A DNA stretch of 58,633 nt from an uncultured Gammaproteobacteria bacterium (GTDB lineage: Bacteria; Patescibacteriota; Patescibacteriia; UBA2196; GWA2-42-15): positions 1 through 58,633 of the forward strand of contig CAZNIO010000008.1 of assembly GCA_964573135.1 (NCBI GenBank). Reading direction: 5' to 3'. The notes under the pieces are model-generated. The model ran no database searches and was not told where the DNA came from. It worked only from the letters and a program-made list of their open reading frames with translations. The translations under genes were made by a program, and so were the position numbers. Positions 1 through 8,835 of this stretch are shown here, in pieces. Numbering within the stretch: the stretch's first letter is position 1; every line of letters begins with the position of its first letter.

Positions 1-60
1 ATTTTGAGTGAGAAACACGGGGAGAGTTTAGGCTCATCTTGTATGAGACAAGACTAATAT

Positions 61-89
61 TTGCCAACTTATAAAAAAACCTTTAAAAT
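61..89 (+). promoter_or_regulatory. sigma70-type promoter of the yjjX-rel unit
   Basis: TTGCCA (61-66), 17 nt, TAAAAT (84-89); ATG at 99 only 9 nt after the -10 box. Confidence 0.6.
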
Positions 90-98
90 TAAAACGCT

Positions 99-632
99 AT
101 GAAAATCAACATTGCTACAAAAAACCCAATAAAAGTCAAAGCCGTTCAGGAAGTAATCAAAAACTACCCAATGCTCACGCGAGCAAAAGTAGTTAAATAT
201 AAGGCCAGCTCTCAAGTTCAAGAACAACCCAAATCACTCAGAGAAACGGTCAGGGGCGCTAAAAATCGTGCCAAAAATGCATTCCATAACTGTAACTACA
301 GCATTGGACTTGAATCCGGGCTCATTAAAATACCAGACACCAAAAGTGGGTATATGGATACTACAGTTTGCGTTATCTATGATGGTATTCAATTTCACCT
401 TGGCCTCTCTTCTTGTTTTGAATACCCGACCAAGGCAACACGTCTCGTCTTTGAAAAAGGAGTTGACATGAACAAGGCCTTACATCTTCTTAAACTAACC
501 AAAAACAAAAAATTGGGTAGCGCCAAAGGAGCCATCGGTCTTTTAACCAAAAATCGACTTACACGAAAAGAATACACAAAACAAGCCATTGTCACCGCTT
601 TAATCCATTTAGAAAACCCCAAACTTTATTAA
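99..632 (+). CDS. yjjX: Inosine/xanthosine triphosphatase (non-canonical purine NTP phosphatase)
   Basis: N-terminal IATKNPIKVKAV, EQPKSLRETVRGAKNRA, IGLESG, GAIGLLTKNRLTRKEY are characteristic of the NTPase I/T family. Confidence 0.88.
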   Translation: MKINIATKNPIKVKAVQEVIKNYPMLTRAKVVKYKASSQVQEQPKSLRETVRGAKNRAKNAFHNCNYSIGLESGLIKIPDTKSGYMDTTVCVIYDGIQFHLGLSSCFEYPTKATRLVFEKGVDMNKALHLLKLTKNKKLGSAKGAIGLLTKNRLTRKEYTKQAIVTALIHLENPKLY

Positions 633-637
633 CCACT

Positions 638-2107
638 ATGACCATAGAAAGAATTCTCGAACTCATCAAAACAAAACATCCAGAAACCGATTTAACTATG
701 ATCGAGCTGGCTTTTGAATTTGCCAAAGAGGCTCATAAAGACCAAAAAAGACAAAGTGGGGAAGAATATTTACAGCACCCTTTAGAAACTGCATATAAAC
801 TAGCACAGATGGATATCGACATACCCACCGTCATCGCCGGCCTCTTACATGATGTTCCCGAAGAAACAAGCTTCACCCTAGAAGACATCAAAAAAGATTT
901 TGGCAAAGAAATAGCTGGATTAGTTGAAGGCATTACTAAAGTTGGTACAATTAAATACCGTGGTCTCGAACGATACGCCGAAAATTTACGTAAAATGTTT
1001 GTAGCCATGGCTGAAGATGTACGGGTCATCTTTATCAAATTTGCCGACCGCATTCACAACCTAAAAACCCTCTATTCCCTGCGACCAGTCAAACAACAAC
1101 GTATTGCCAAGGAATCATTAGAAATTTATGCTCCTATTGCTAATCGCTTAGGAATGTCTGAGCTCCAAAATGAATTAGAAGATTTGGCTTTCCCCTATGT
1201 TTATCCAGAAGAATATAAGTGGTTAAGAAAAATATCAGAAAAAAAATATGAAGAGCGTAGACGTGAAGCAGAAAAAACTATCAAACAAGTAAAACGCAAA
1301 TTGTTTGATATTGATATTAAACCTTTAAACCTTTATGGACGCGCAAAACGATATTACTCACTCTATAATAAACTTCTCCGCAAAGACATGGATATCGACA
1401 GAATATATGATCTAGTTGCTCTGCGTATTATAGTTCAAAATACAGATGAGTGCTATCGCGTACTTGGCGCCATTCATTCATTTTGGAAACCAGTTTCTGG
1501 CCGAGTCAAAGACTATATCGCCCAACCAAAACCAAATGGATATCAATCACTCCATACCACTGTCTACTGTGATGACAAAATAGTTGAATTTCAAATTAGA
1601 ACCAAAAAAATGGACGAGGAAGCCGAGTGGGGTATTGCCGCACACTGGGTATTTAAATCACGCAGTGGCAACAAAATTACTAAGATCCCCATAGATTCCA
1701 AAAAACTAAAATGGATTAAAGAACTACTTGATAACAAAGAAGAAACTGGTGAAGCCGAGGAGTACTTAGAAAAACTTAAAATAGATTTTTTCAAACACCA
1801 CATATTCGTCTTTACCCCAAAAGGAGACGTTCTTGATTTACCAGAAAATGCTACTCCAGTGGATTTTGCCTATCATATTCATACATATATCGGCGATCAT
1901 GTCGTGGGTGCTAAAATTAATAATAAAATGTCAGGCCTCTCCACTCCCCTAAAAAATGGTGATATGGTTGAAATTCTTATTGATAAAAAAAGAGCCAAGC
2001 CCTCTAAAGAATGGCTAAATATCGTCCAAACCCACTTAGCTAAAGAAAAAATAAAACAAAGCTTCCGTAAAAAAGAAAGCTTCAATTTATTTAAGGTTTT
2101 CCGTTAA
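638..2107 (+). CDS. rel: RelA/SpoT (p)ppGpp synthetase/hydrolase with HD, SYNTH and TGS domains; no C-terminal ACT domain
   Basis: RQSGEEY, LLHDVPEET, KFADRIHN; GRAK, DLVALRII, RVKDYIAQPKPNGYQSLHT, EFQIRT, AEWGIAAH; TGS motif VFTPKG...TPVDFAYHIHT. Confidence 0.95.
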   Translation: MTIERILELIKTKHPETDLTMIELAFEFAKEAHKDQKRQSGEEYLQHPLETAYKLAQMDIDIPTVIAGLLHDVPEETSFTLEDIKKDFGKEIAGLVEGITKVGTIKYRGLERYAENLRKMFVAMAEDVRVIFIKFADRIHNLKTLYSLRPVKQQRIAKESLEIYAPIANRLGMSELQNELEDLAFPYVYPEEYKWLRKISEKKYEERRREAEKTIKQVKRKLFDIDIKPLNLYGRAKRYYSLYNKLLRKDMDIDRIYDLVALRIIVQNTDECYRVLGAIHSFWKPVSGRVKDYIAQPKPNGYQSLHTTVYCDDKIVEFQIRTKKMDEEAEWGIAAHWVFKSRSGNKITKIPIDSKKLKWIKELLDNKEETGEAEEYLEKLKIDFFKHHIFVFTPKGDVLDLPENATPVDFAYHIHTYIGDHVVGAKINNKMSGLSTPLKNGDMVEILIDKKRAKPSKEWLNIVQTHLAKEKIKQSFRKKESFNLFKVFR

Positions 2108-2113
2108 ATCTAA

Positions 2114-3031
2114 CTACAATATATTTTCTACAATATTTCGCAATTCTTCATCTGAGTAATATTCAATCTCCACTACTCCGCCCTGTTGCCCACGCTTGCG
2201 AATAAAAACCTTAGTACCCAGAATCCCTTGCATTCTATTCTCCCAGTCTAGAATCTGGGGATCTTTTTTAATTATACGTGTATGTGGCTTAATCTTTATC
2301 TGCTTAACCTCTCGCTCTACATCCTTAACCGTCAAATCACTCGTCTTCATTTTATTTAATACATTCTTTTGCTCTTCTGGAGAAATACCAAGCAACAGCT
2401 TGGCCTGGCCCTCTGAAATCTTACCAGATGCTATCTCCATTTGTACTTCACTTGGTAAATTTAAAAGACGTAAAGTATTATTTAGTGTGCTTCGAGCTAC
2501 GCTAAGTCGCTTAGCCGCTTCCTCTTGAGTTAAATTAAAATTATCAAGCAATCTCTTGTACCCCCCTGCTTTTTCAATTGGATTTAAATCTTCTCTTTGC
2601 AAATTTTCAATTAAAGATAATTCTAATTTCTCTAAATCTCTAGCAGTTCGAACAATCACCGGAACTGATTTTAACGATAAATCCAAAGAAGCACGTAGTC
2701 TTCTCTCACCTGCAACCAATTCATACTTGCCACCCATGGTTTGCGTAACAACTAAGGGCTGCAAAATACCATGTTCTTTAATCGAATTCTTCAAGTTTTC
2801 AAGCTCTCTTTCGCGAAAAGTCTTTCTCGGCTGATAGGGATTGGCTTGAATCTGCCTTGGTGAGACATGTAAAATCTGGTTAGACACCCTAGTCTTTGAT
2901 TTTGGAAAATAACTAGCGCTTGAAACAGGCCCCCTCGCCTGGCCAGCCTTTTGTTCTTTATTCGGAATAAGCGAACTCAATCCTCTTCCCAATGTTTTGC
3001 TATTCTGCTGGTTATATAATGGATGATTCAT
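2114..3031 (-). CDS. parB: Chromosome partitioning protein ParB/Spo0J
   Basis: LGRGLSSLIP, NPYQPRK, GILQPLVV, LVAGERRLRA, ENLQREDLNPIE; directly downstream of parA. Confidence 0.96.
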   Translation of the reverse strand: MNHPLYNQQNSKTLGRGLSSLIPNKEQKAGQARGPVSSASYFPKSKTRVSNQILHVSPRQIQANPYQPRKTFRERELENLKNSIKEHGILQPLVVTQTMGGKYELVAGERRLRASLDLSLKSVPVIVRTARDLEKLELSLIENLQREDLNPIEKAGGYKRLLDNFNLTQEEAAKRLSVARSTLNNTLRLLNLPSEVQMEIASGKISEGQAKLLLGISPEEQKNVLNKMKTSDLTVKDVEREVKQIKIKPHTRIIKKDPQILDWENRMQGILGTKVFIRKRGQQGGVVEIEYYSDEELRNIVENIL

Positions 3032-3040
3032 ATATAAAAA

Positions 3041-3805
3041 TTAATTTTCTAAGCTAACTATTTCTCGGGCCAATTTATTATACGCTCGCGCTCCTTTTGA
3101 TTTACGATCATAATGTAAAATAGATCTACCATAAGATGGCGCTTCAGCTAAACGAATATTTCTTGGAATAACTGTACGAAAAATTCTATTAGGAAAATAT
3201 CGATAAAGCTCATCAAATACTTCACCAGTTAATTTATGCTTATCATCATACATTGTCATCAATGCTCCAAGTATTTTTAAATTTGGTTTTATATTCTCCT
3301 TAATCAAATTAATTGTATTAATTAGCTGACCCAGTCCTTCCAGGGCATAATATTCACACTGTACTGGAATTAAAATCTCTTCTGCCGCCACCAGCCCGTT
3401 AATAGTCAAAAGCCCCAATGAAGGAGGTGAGTCTATTATAATATAGTCATACTCATTTTTGACTTCTCCCAAAATATTATGCAACTTAAATTCTCGGTCA
3501 TCATGAGGCACTAATTCGATATTCGCCGCCGCTAAATTTTGATTAGCTGGTGCCAATTTTAACCCATCATGAACTGTTGGACATATTATATCCCGCAAAG
3601 TATGTGGTCCGGTCATCACTTCATACAATCCATGTAAAAGATTACCATGATCCACTCCAAGCCCAGAAGAGGCATTGGCTTGCGGGTCTAAATCCACTAG
3701 TAAAACCGACTTACCATGATGTGCTAAATAAGTCGCCAAATTAACGGCTGTCGTAGTTTTACCAACTCCACCCTTTTGATTAACAATAGAAATAATTCTT
3801 GCCAT
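3041..3805 (-). CDS. parA: Chromosome partitioning ATPase ParA/Soj (start moved from 3847 to the ATG at 3805)
   Basis: Deviant Walker A QKGGVGKTT, DLDPQAN, DSPPSLG, IPRNIRLAEAPSYG; a promoter lies within the longer ORF extension. Confidence 0.96.
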   Translation of the reverse strand: MARIISIVNQKGGVGKTTTAVNLATYLAHHGKSVLLVDLDPQANASSGLGVDHGNLLHGLYEVMTGPHTLRDIICPTVHDGLKLAPANQNLAAANIELVPHDDREFKLHNILGEVKNEYDYIIIDSPPSLGLLTINGLVAAEEILIPVQCEYYALEGLGQLINTINLIKENIKPNLKILGALMTMYDDKHKLTGEVFDELYRYFPNRIFRTVIPRNIRLAEAPSYGRSILHYDRKSKGARAYNKLAREIVSLEN

Positions 3806-3811
3806 ACATTC

Positions 3812-3840
3812 AAAATACCATAAACTCAATAAAAATTCAA
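3812..3840 (-). promoter_or_regulatory. Promoter of parAB, predicted leaderless
   Basis: Minus strand TTGAAT, 17 nt, TG-n-TATTTT, then 6 nt to the ATG at 3805. Confidence 0.5.
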
Positions 3841-3842
3841 AA

Positions 3843-3863
3843 GGCACCTCAATATGAGGTGCC
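3843..3863 (-). terminator. Intrinsic terminator downstream of rnc
   Basis: 9-bp stem GGCACCTCA/TGAGGTGCC with a 3-nt loop, followed by TTTT on the minus strand. Confidence 0.65.
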
Positions 3864-3885
3864 CTATATTTAACCCAATAAATTA

Positions 3886-4578
3886 CTAAAATTTCTTCGA
3901 CTCCATGGCATTATGTGCTGCACTCATCTGCGCTTCCTGCTTAGATGTGCCTTCTCCTTGAGCTACCATTTCATCATCTAAATAAATACCCACTACAAAT
4001 TTCCTATTATGATCAGGCCCACTTTCGTCTAGCACTCTATAATTGGGTGTAATCCCTACTTTCTCCTGAGCTAGTTCTTGAAAATTAGATTTGGGATCCA
4101 CATACAACTTGTTTTCTATAATTTCAGATAACTTGATCAATAAAATTTTAGCAATAAATTTGGAAGATATTTCAAAACCTTGATCAAGATAAATTGCTCC
4201 AATCAATGCCTCTGTAGTATTGGCCAAAATATATCCACGAGCCTTAGGATTAGTATCTTTTGCTTCTCCACGAGATAAATATAAATAATCATACAATCCT
4301 AATTCTTCAGCTATAACTGACAACATCTTTGAATTGACAAGTGCCGCTCTCCAGTTAGTCAACTCACCTTCTGGATTCGGATAGTTTAAATACAGATAAT
4401 CCGTAACTACAAGTTCTAAAACCGCATCTCCTAAAAATTCAAGCCTCTCATTGTGCCCTAATTCAAAACTCGAATGCTCATTAATATATGATCTATGCAC
4501 CATGGCTTCTTTAAGCAGCTTTTCATCTTTAAAAGTAATATCAATTACTTTTTCGAGTTCCTTTAAATCTTTTGGCAT
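3886..4578 (-). CDS. rnc: Ribonuclease III
   Basis: HNERLEFLGDAVL signature, EALIGAIYLDQG, dsRBD DPKSNFQELAQ...GPDH; SD-like AGGAG upstream. Confidence 0.97.
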   Translation of the reverse strand: MPKDLKELEKVIDITFKDEKLLKEAMVHRSYINEHSSFELGHNERLEFLGDAVLELVVTDYLYLNYPNPEGELTNWRAALVNSKMLSVIAEELGLYDYLYLSRGEAKDTNPKARGYILANTTEALIGAIYLDQGFEISSKFIAKILLIKLSEIIENKLYVDPKSNFQELAQEKVGITPNYRVLDESGPDHNRKFVVGIYLDDEMVAQGEGTSKQEAQMSAAHNAMESKKF

Positions 4579-4703
4579 AAAAAATCTCTCCTGAACATAT
4601 CTCCCCTCATTATATTATCCTTGAGTCAATCTAAGTCCAAAACATAAACTAACTACAGAATAAATTATATTAAAATACATTCATTAATTTATATAATATT
4701 CTA

Positions 4704-5171
4704 TTATTCTCCTTTAGCTTGCTCTTTGTATTTCTCTGGCGTAATCACGTCATTCTCATCTGCTTCAACATCACGAAATATAGCTCCCAAAACTCCATTT
4801 ACAAATCTTCCCGAAGAATCGCCCCCAAAGGTTTTAGCAATTTCAATACTCTCATTAATGGCCACTTTCGGAGGAACTTCTTTTAGAAACAATAATTCAT
4901 AAATGCCCAATCTCAAAATATTCCTATCAATCACCGTAATTTTCTCAATTGGCCATTCTGGAGCATATTTCACAATACTCTTATCAATTTCAGCCATCTG
5001 TTTAGCCACTCCACGCACTAAACTCTCAACAAATGCCACATCTTCAAGACCTGGTGCAAAATCATGCAAATTTCTCTCAATAACTTCTGTTAATTTTTGA
5101 GATCGATTATTAAAATCCCATTCAAAAAGAACCTGCATGGCAATTGTTCGAGCTAAATGACGATTAGACAT
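4704..5171 (-). CDS. nusB: Transcription antitermination factor NusB
   Basis: [49 protein letters not shown]. Confidence 0.96.
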   Translation of the reverse strand: MSNRHLARTIAMQVLFEWDFNNRSQKLTEVIERNLHDFAPGLEDVAFVESLVRGVAKQMAEIDKSIVKYAPEWPIEKITVIDRNILRLGIYELLFLKEVPPKVAINESIEIAKTFGGDSSGRFVNGVLGAIFRDVEADENDVITPEKYKEQAKGE

Positions 5172-5184
5172 AAAAATTTACTAA

Positions 5185-5412
5185 TTATTTATTCTTCTTT
5201 TCTTCTCTTTTCTTTTGCTTTCTAAACTTCTTTGGAATCCTTACTTTAATAACTTGGTTACCCTTGTATGTTCCGCAAAATAAACAAGCACGATGTGATT
5301 GCACCGGTTTCTTGCACTTTGGACAAGGCTTTAACGTCGGCGTAGTTGCTTTAATGGCCGCTCGTCTTGTTCTTTGTCTTGCCTTAGTGTGTTTTTGTGT
5401 TGGTGTAGACAT
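5185..5412 (-). CDS. rpmF: 50S ribosomal protein L32, zinc-ribbon type with a basic tail
   Basis: PTQKHTKARQRTRR, CPKC...HRACLFCGTY. Confidence 0.92.
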   Translation of the reverse strand: MSTPTQKHTKARQRTRRAAIKATTPTLKPCPKCKKPVQSHRACLFCGTYKGNQVIKVRIPKKFRKQKKREEKKNK

Positions 5413-5427
5413 AATTTAAAATAATCT

Positions 5428-6003
5428 TTATTTAATAATTTTATCAATTATCCCGTATTTTTTAGCCTCATCTGCAGTCATAAAATAATCACGGTCAGTA
5501 TCTTTCTCGATTTTAGCCAAATTCTGACCAGTATGTTTAGCTAATATCTTATTTAACTTCTCCTTAGTTTTCAAAATATGCTCTGCTCTTATCTTGACAT
5601 CTGTTGCTTGGCCTTCAGCTCCACCCATGACTTGATGCAGCATAATTTCTGAATTGGGCAAAGCAAATCTTTTCCCCTTGGCCCCGGCCGCTAAAAGTAT
5701 TGCCCCCATGCTACTCGCCATACCAATACAAATTGTCGTCACATCTGAACTAATATATTGCATTGTATCATACACCGCCATACCGGCCGTTACCGATCCC
5801 CCAGGGGAATTTATATATAATTTTATGTCCTTCTCTTTATTCTGTGATTCTAAAAATAGTAACTGAGCAATAATTGTATTTGCTAAATTATCATTAATCG
5901 GGTCGCCTAAAAATATAATTCTCTCTTTTAAAAGACGAGAATAAATATCATAGGCTCTTTCCCCATGATGACTCTTTTCAATTACTGTCGGTATTAAAAA
6001 CAT
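5428..6003 (-). CDS. clpP: ATP-dependent Clp protease proteolytic subunit
   Basis: [31 protein letters not shown] (catalytic Ser), MLHQ (His), DTDRD. Confidence 0.97.
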   Translation of the reverse strand: MFLIPTVIEKSHHGERAYDIYSRLLKERIIFLGDPINDNLANTIIAQLLFLESQNKEKDIKLYINSPGGSVTAGMAVYDTMQYISSDVTTICIGMASSMGAILLAAGAKGKRFALPNSEIMLHQVMGGAEGQATDVKIRAEHILKTKEKLNKILAKHTGQNLAKIEKDTDRDYFMTADEAKKYGIIDKIIK

Positions 6004-6097
6004 ATAGAATAACTTCTAATTTTATAATAAAAATCCCAAAATATCTTCGATTTATTCACCAACTACCACTTGCGCCTTAAACACTTTATTTTTATAC

Positions 6098-7798
6098 TCA
6101 AAGCCCCGCCCCTTGATCTGTCTCAAATTTTCCACCGTCTTTTACATCCTTCTCTTCCCCAAACACTCCATCAACAACACGTATAACAGGCTTCTTTAGT
6201 GAAACAACATGATTCTCATATTTCAACCCCTTACCACTATAAATAATCTTTCCTTGCTCATTTTTAAAACCTGGCACACGCTCAATCTCATATACCCCCT
6301 TATCTAATCCAGCTAAATCTTCAACTCCTCCCGTAAACTCAATAAACTCAAAATCATATTTTTTAGCCTCTTCAGGCTCTAATTCCATAATATTAATATG
6401 CTCTTTGCGGGATAATTTATTAAATTCTTCATCACCCCACATTTCATTCAAATATTGATTAGCGCTATCCACCGCCTCTTTCAGCTCATCCATCTCTAAT
6501 TGAGAAACAAAACCTTTTTCTTTAAGTGCGTCACTTAACTTACTTTTCTTTCTATTACAAACGCTCACTCTATTACCCAAAAGCCCGTTGCTAAGAGAGT
6601 CCGCCCACTCTTTATTATATTCTGCCTTAAACTTCCTGCCAATATCACCAAAACCATCCATAATACTTTCAACAGACTGACTTATCTTTTCAATCTCTCG
6701 TTTGGCCTGTTCCAGATCCTCATCTCCTAATTTTGTTTCTTGTATTGTCGCTTCTCTTTCATTCTTTTTCTCTTCTGCTTTCTGTTTTGCTCTTATTTCG
6801 TTTTCATAAAGTTTATCTAATTTTGACAATTCTTCGGTTTGCACAGCTAAAGTAGGAGAAAAATCACTATTAAGCTTTGCCCCGACCGTTACCGATACTG
6901 GCCCCTCTTCAACAATTTTATGGTCCAAAAATTTGTATTTTGCGCGAATCTCTTTCTCTAAAAAATTATTTCCCAATAATTCCTTACTTTTATCATCCAA
7001 GACACCATTGAATTTATCCAGCTCAGTCTTATGTATGCTTCTCGTTTTATCACTTATCAACAACTTGTTAAGAAAATCCCTGCAATCTCGTATGGCCGCT
7101 CCAGCCGAATCATATTTATTCATACTTTCCAGCATCTCATCCATCTCCTTTCGGAAAAAAAGATTAAAATCCTTCTCTGCAAATATTTCTCTTAGTGATA
7201 TAACTGCTTCTCTCCAAATCTCTCTCGTTTTACTTTCACCCTTATTGGCCTCAAGTTTATATTCAGTGTTCACCTCTGTATCAACAAAATTATCATCAAC
7301 TTGCGTCGCCATCTCTTCACTCTTCCCACCACCTGCAATTTGTTCATTTAAATATAAAATTGCCTGCTCAAATTCCCGCTGGCTCATATTTGGAGCATTT
7401 GTTAACGCTTTATTGATCAAAGTTGAACCAACTTCATCGCTTATCTTTTCTTGACTCACATAACCTTCGTCTAACTCAATATTATGAATACTTGTTGCAT
7501 CTATAATCTGTTGCCTAAGCGCTTCAAAGTTTTCTGCCTCTTTCTTTCTATTTAAATATGAAATTACATACTCAAAGCTTTCTTGATCTGATATTTGACT
7601 GGCCATTATTTTTTGAATTAGCAATATTGCCTTGTTGGCATCCAAGCCATCGTTTGTCATATGATTTTCATCAATCTCAAATCCAGTTACTTGCGCTTTC
7701 TTTAAGATCATTGCCTTGCTCATTGCTAAATTATCTACCTTTTCTTTGTCAGGATGCTTGTCTACTTGATCCTGTCCTGGTTTATTAAATTCAGACAT
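6098..7798 (-). CDS. Hypothetical acidic, largely helical/coiled-coil protein (566 aa)
   Basis: Long uninterrupted ORF co-oriented with nrnA; no family recognised. Confidence 0.7.
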   Translation of the reverse strand: MSEFNKPGQDQVDKHPDKEKVDNLAMSKAMILKKAQVTGFEIDENHMTNDGLDANKAILLIQKIMASQISDQESFEYVISYLNRKKEAENFEALRQQIIDATSIHNIELDEGYVSQEKISDEVGSTLINKALTNAPNMSQREFEQAILYLNEQIAGGGKSEEMATQVDDNFVDTEVNTEYKLEANKGESKTREIWREAVISLREIFAEKDFNLFFRKEMDEMLESMNKYDSAGAAIRDCRDFLNKLLISDKTRSIHKTELDKFNGVLDDKSKELLGNNFLEKEIRAKYKFLDHKIVEEGPVSVTVGAKLNSDFSPTLAVQTEELSKLDKLYENEIRAKQKAEEKKNEREATIQETKLGDEDLEQAKREIEKISQSVESIMDGFGDIGRKFKAEYNKEWADSLSNGLLGNRVSVCNRKKSKLSDALKEKGFVSQLEMDELKEAVDSANQYLNEMWGDEEFNKLSRKEHINIMELEPEEAKKYDFEFIEFTGGVEDLAGLDKGVYEIERVPGFKNEQGKIIYSGKGLKYENHVVSLKKPVIRVVDGVFGEEKDVKDGGKFETDQGAGL

Positions 7799-7815
7799 AT
7801 TATTTTAAGATCTAT

Positions 7816-8814
7816 TTATACGACTTTCCAATATTCCCCTATTTTCTCTAATCTTCCTTTAACAAGAAAGCCAGCCGATTTAGTGTGACCCCCTCCCCCA
7901 AATAGCTGAGCCAGTTTTAGCACATTTGCCTCTTCTTCAATTCCCCGTAAACTCACCTTAACTTGATTTCCATCTTTTTCCTTAAGCACCATGGCCATTT
8001 TTACCCCATCCAAACTGTTAAAAAAATTAGAAATCCCATCAGTAGCATTCTCTTCACTCTTACCAATATCACTCTCAAGAACCACACTATAAGCTATATT
8101 CAGTTTATCATTTTTCTGTAATCTTGATAATACCTTGCTCCACACGCGCAAACTCTCTTCTGTCTTATCTTGATAAACTTTTTTTATAATATAATTATAC
8201 TTGCCACTCTTACCAATTAAGTCAGCCGCAATTTCTAAAGATTCCGCATTTGTGGCTTGATTGGTAAAATTAGAAGTATCCGTTAAAATTCCAAGCAGCA
8301 TCCCCGTAGCTACCTCACTTGTCATCCGAGCACCCGTTAATTTAAACAGTTTGTAAATCATGACACTTGTTGAGGAACTCTTTGGCTCAATCAAATTAAA
8401 TTCTCCATACTCTTCATTCCCCTCATGATGGTCAATCGTTACTAATTTAACTTTATCAATTTGTGTCAAAACTTTAATTGAAAAACCAGTATAACCAAGG
8501 CTTGAACAATCAATTACTATAACTAAATCAAAACTCTCTCGCAACAACTCATCTTCACTAGACACCATCCTGCAGGCATTTCGTAAAAATAAAAAATTAT
8601 CAGGTACACCATCTCTTGAAAAAGCTGTGTATCTTTTATCCCGTGAGTTCAAAAACTCCATCAAAGCTGACAGAGATCCAATGGCGTCACCATCAGGAGA
8701 TTGGTGAGTTGCGATTAATATATTTTGAGCTTGATCAATATATTCTTCAACTCGTTTATACTTATTCTTTTGGTCTATTGGTATTTGCATATCATACCAA
8801 TCTAACATCGACAT
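7816..8814 (-). CDS. nrnA: DHH/DHHA1 phosphoesterase, NrnA-like nanoRNase/pAp phosphatase
   Basis: THQSPDGDAIGS, VIDC, IDHH, GILTDT, SLRG, GGGH; exact start (8814, 8808 or 8790) uncertain. Confidence 0.85.
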   Translation of the reverse strand: MSMLDWYDMQIPIDQKNKYKRVEEYIDQAQNILIATHQSPDGDAIGSLSALMEFLNSRDKRYTAFSRDGVPDNFLFLRNACRMVSSEDELLRESFDLVIVIDCSSLGYTGFSIKVLTQIDKVKLVTIDHHEGNEEYGEFNLIEPKSSSTSVMIYKLFKLTGARMTSEVATGMLLGILTDTSNFTNQATNAESLEIAADLIGKSGKYNYIIKKVYQDKTEESLRVWSKVLSRLQKNDKLNIAYSVVLESDIGKSEENATDGISNFFNSLDGVKMAMVLKEKDGNQVKVSLRGIEEEANVLKLAQLFGGGGHTKSAGFLVKGRLEKIGEYWKVV

Positions 8815-8835
8815 ATCAATATGTCAACATATTCA

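Noticed and set aside
2114-3900. parS site near parAB
   Set aside because: No match to the TGTTTCACGTGAAACA-type palindrome was seen
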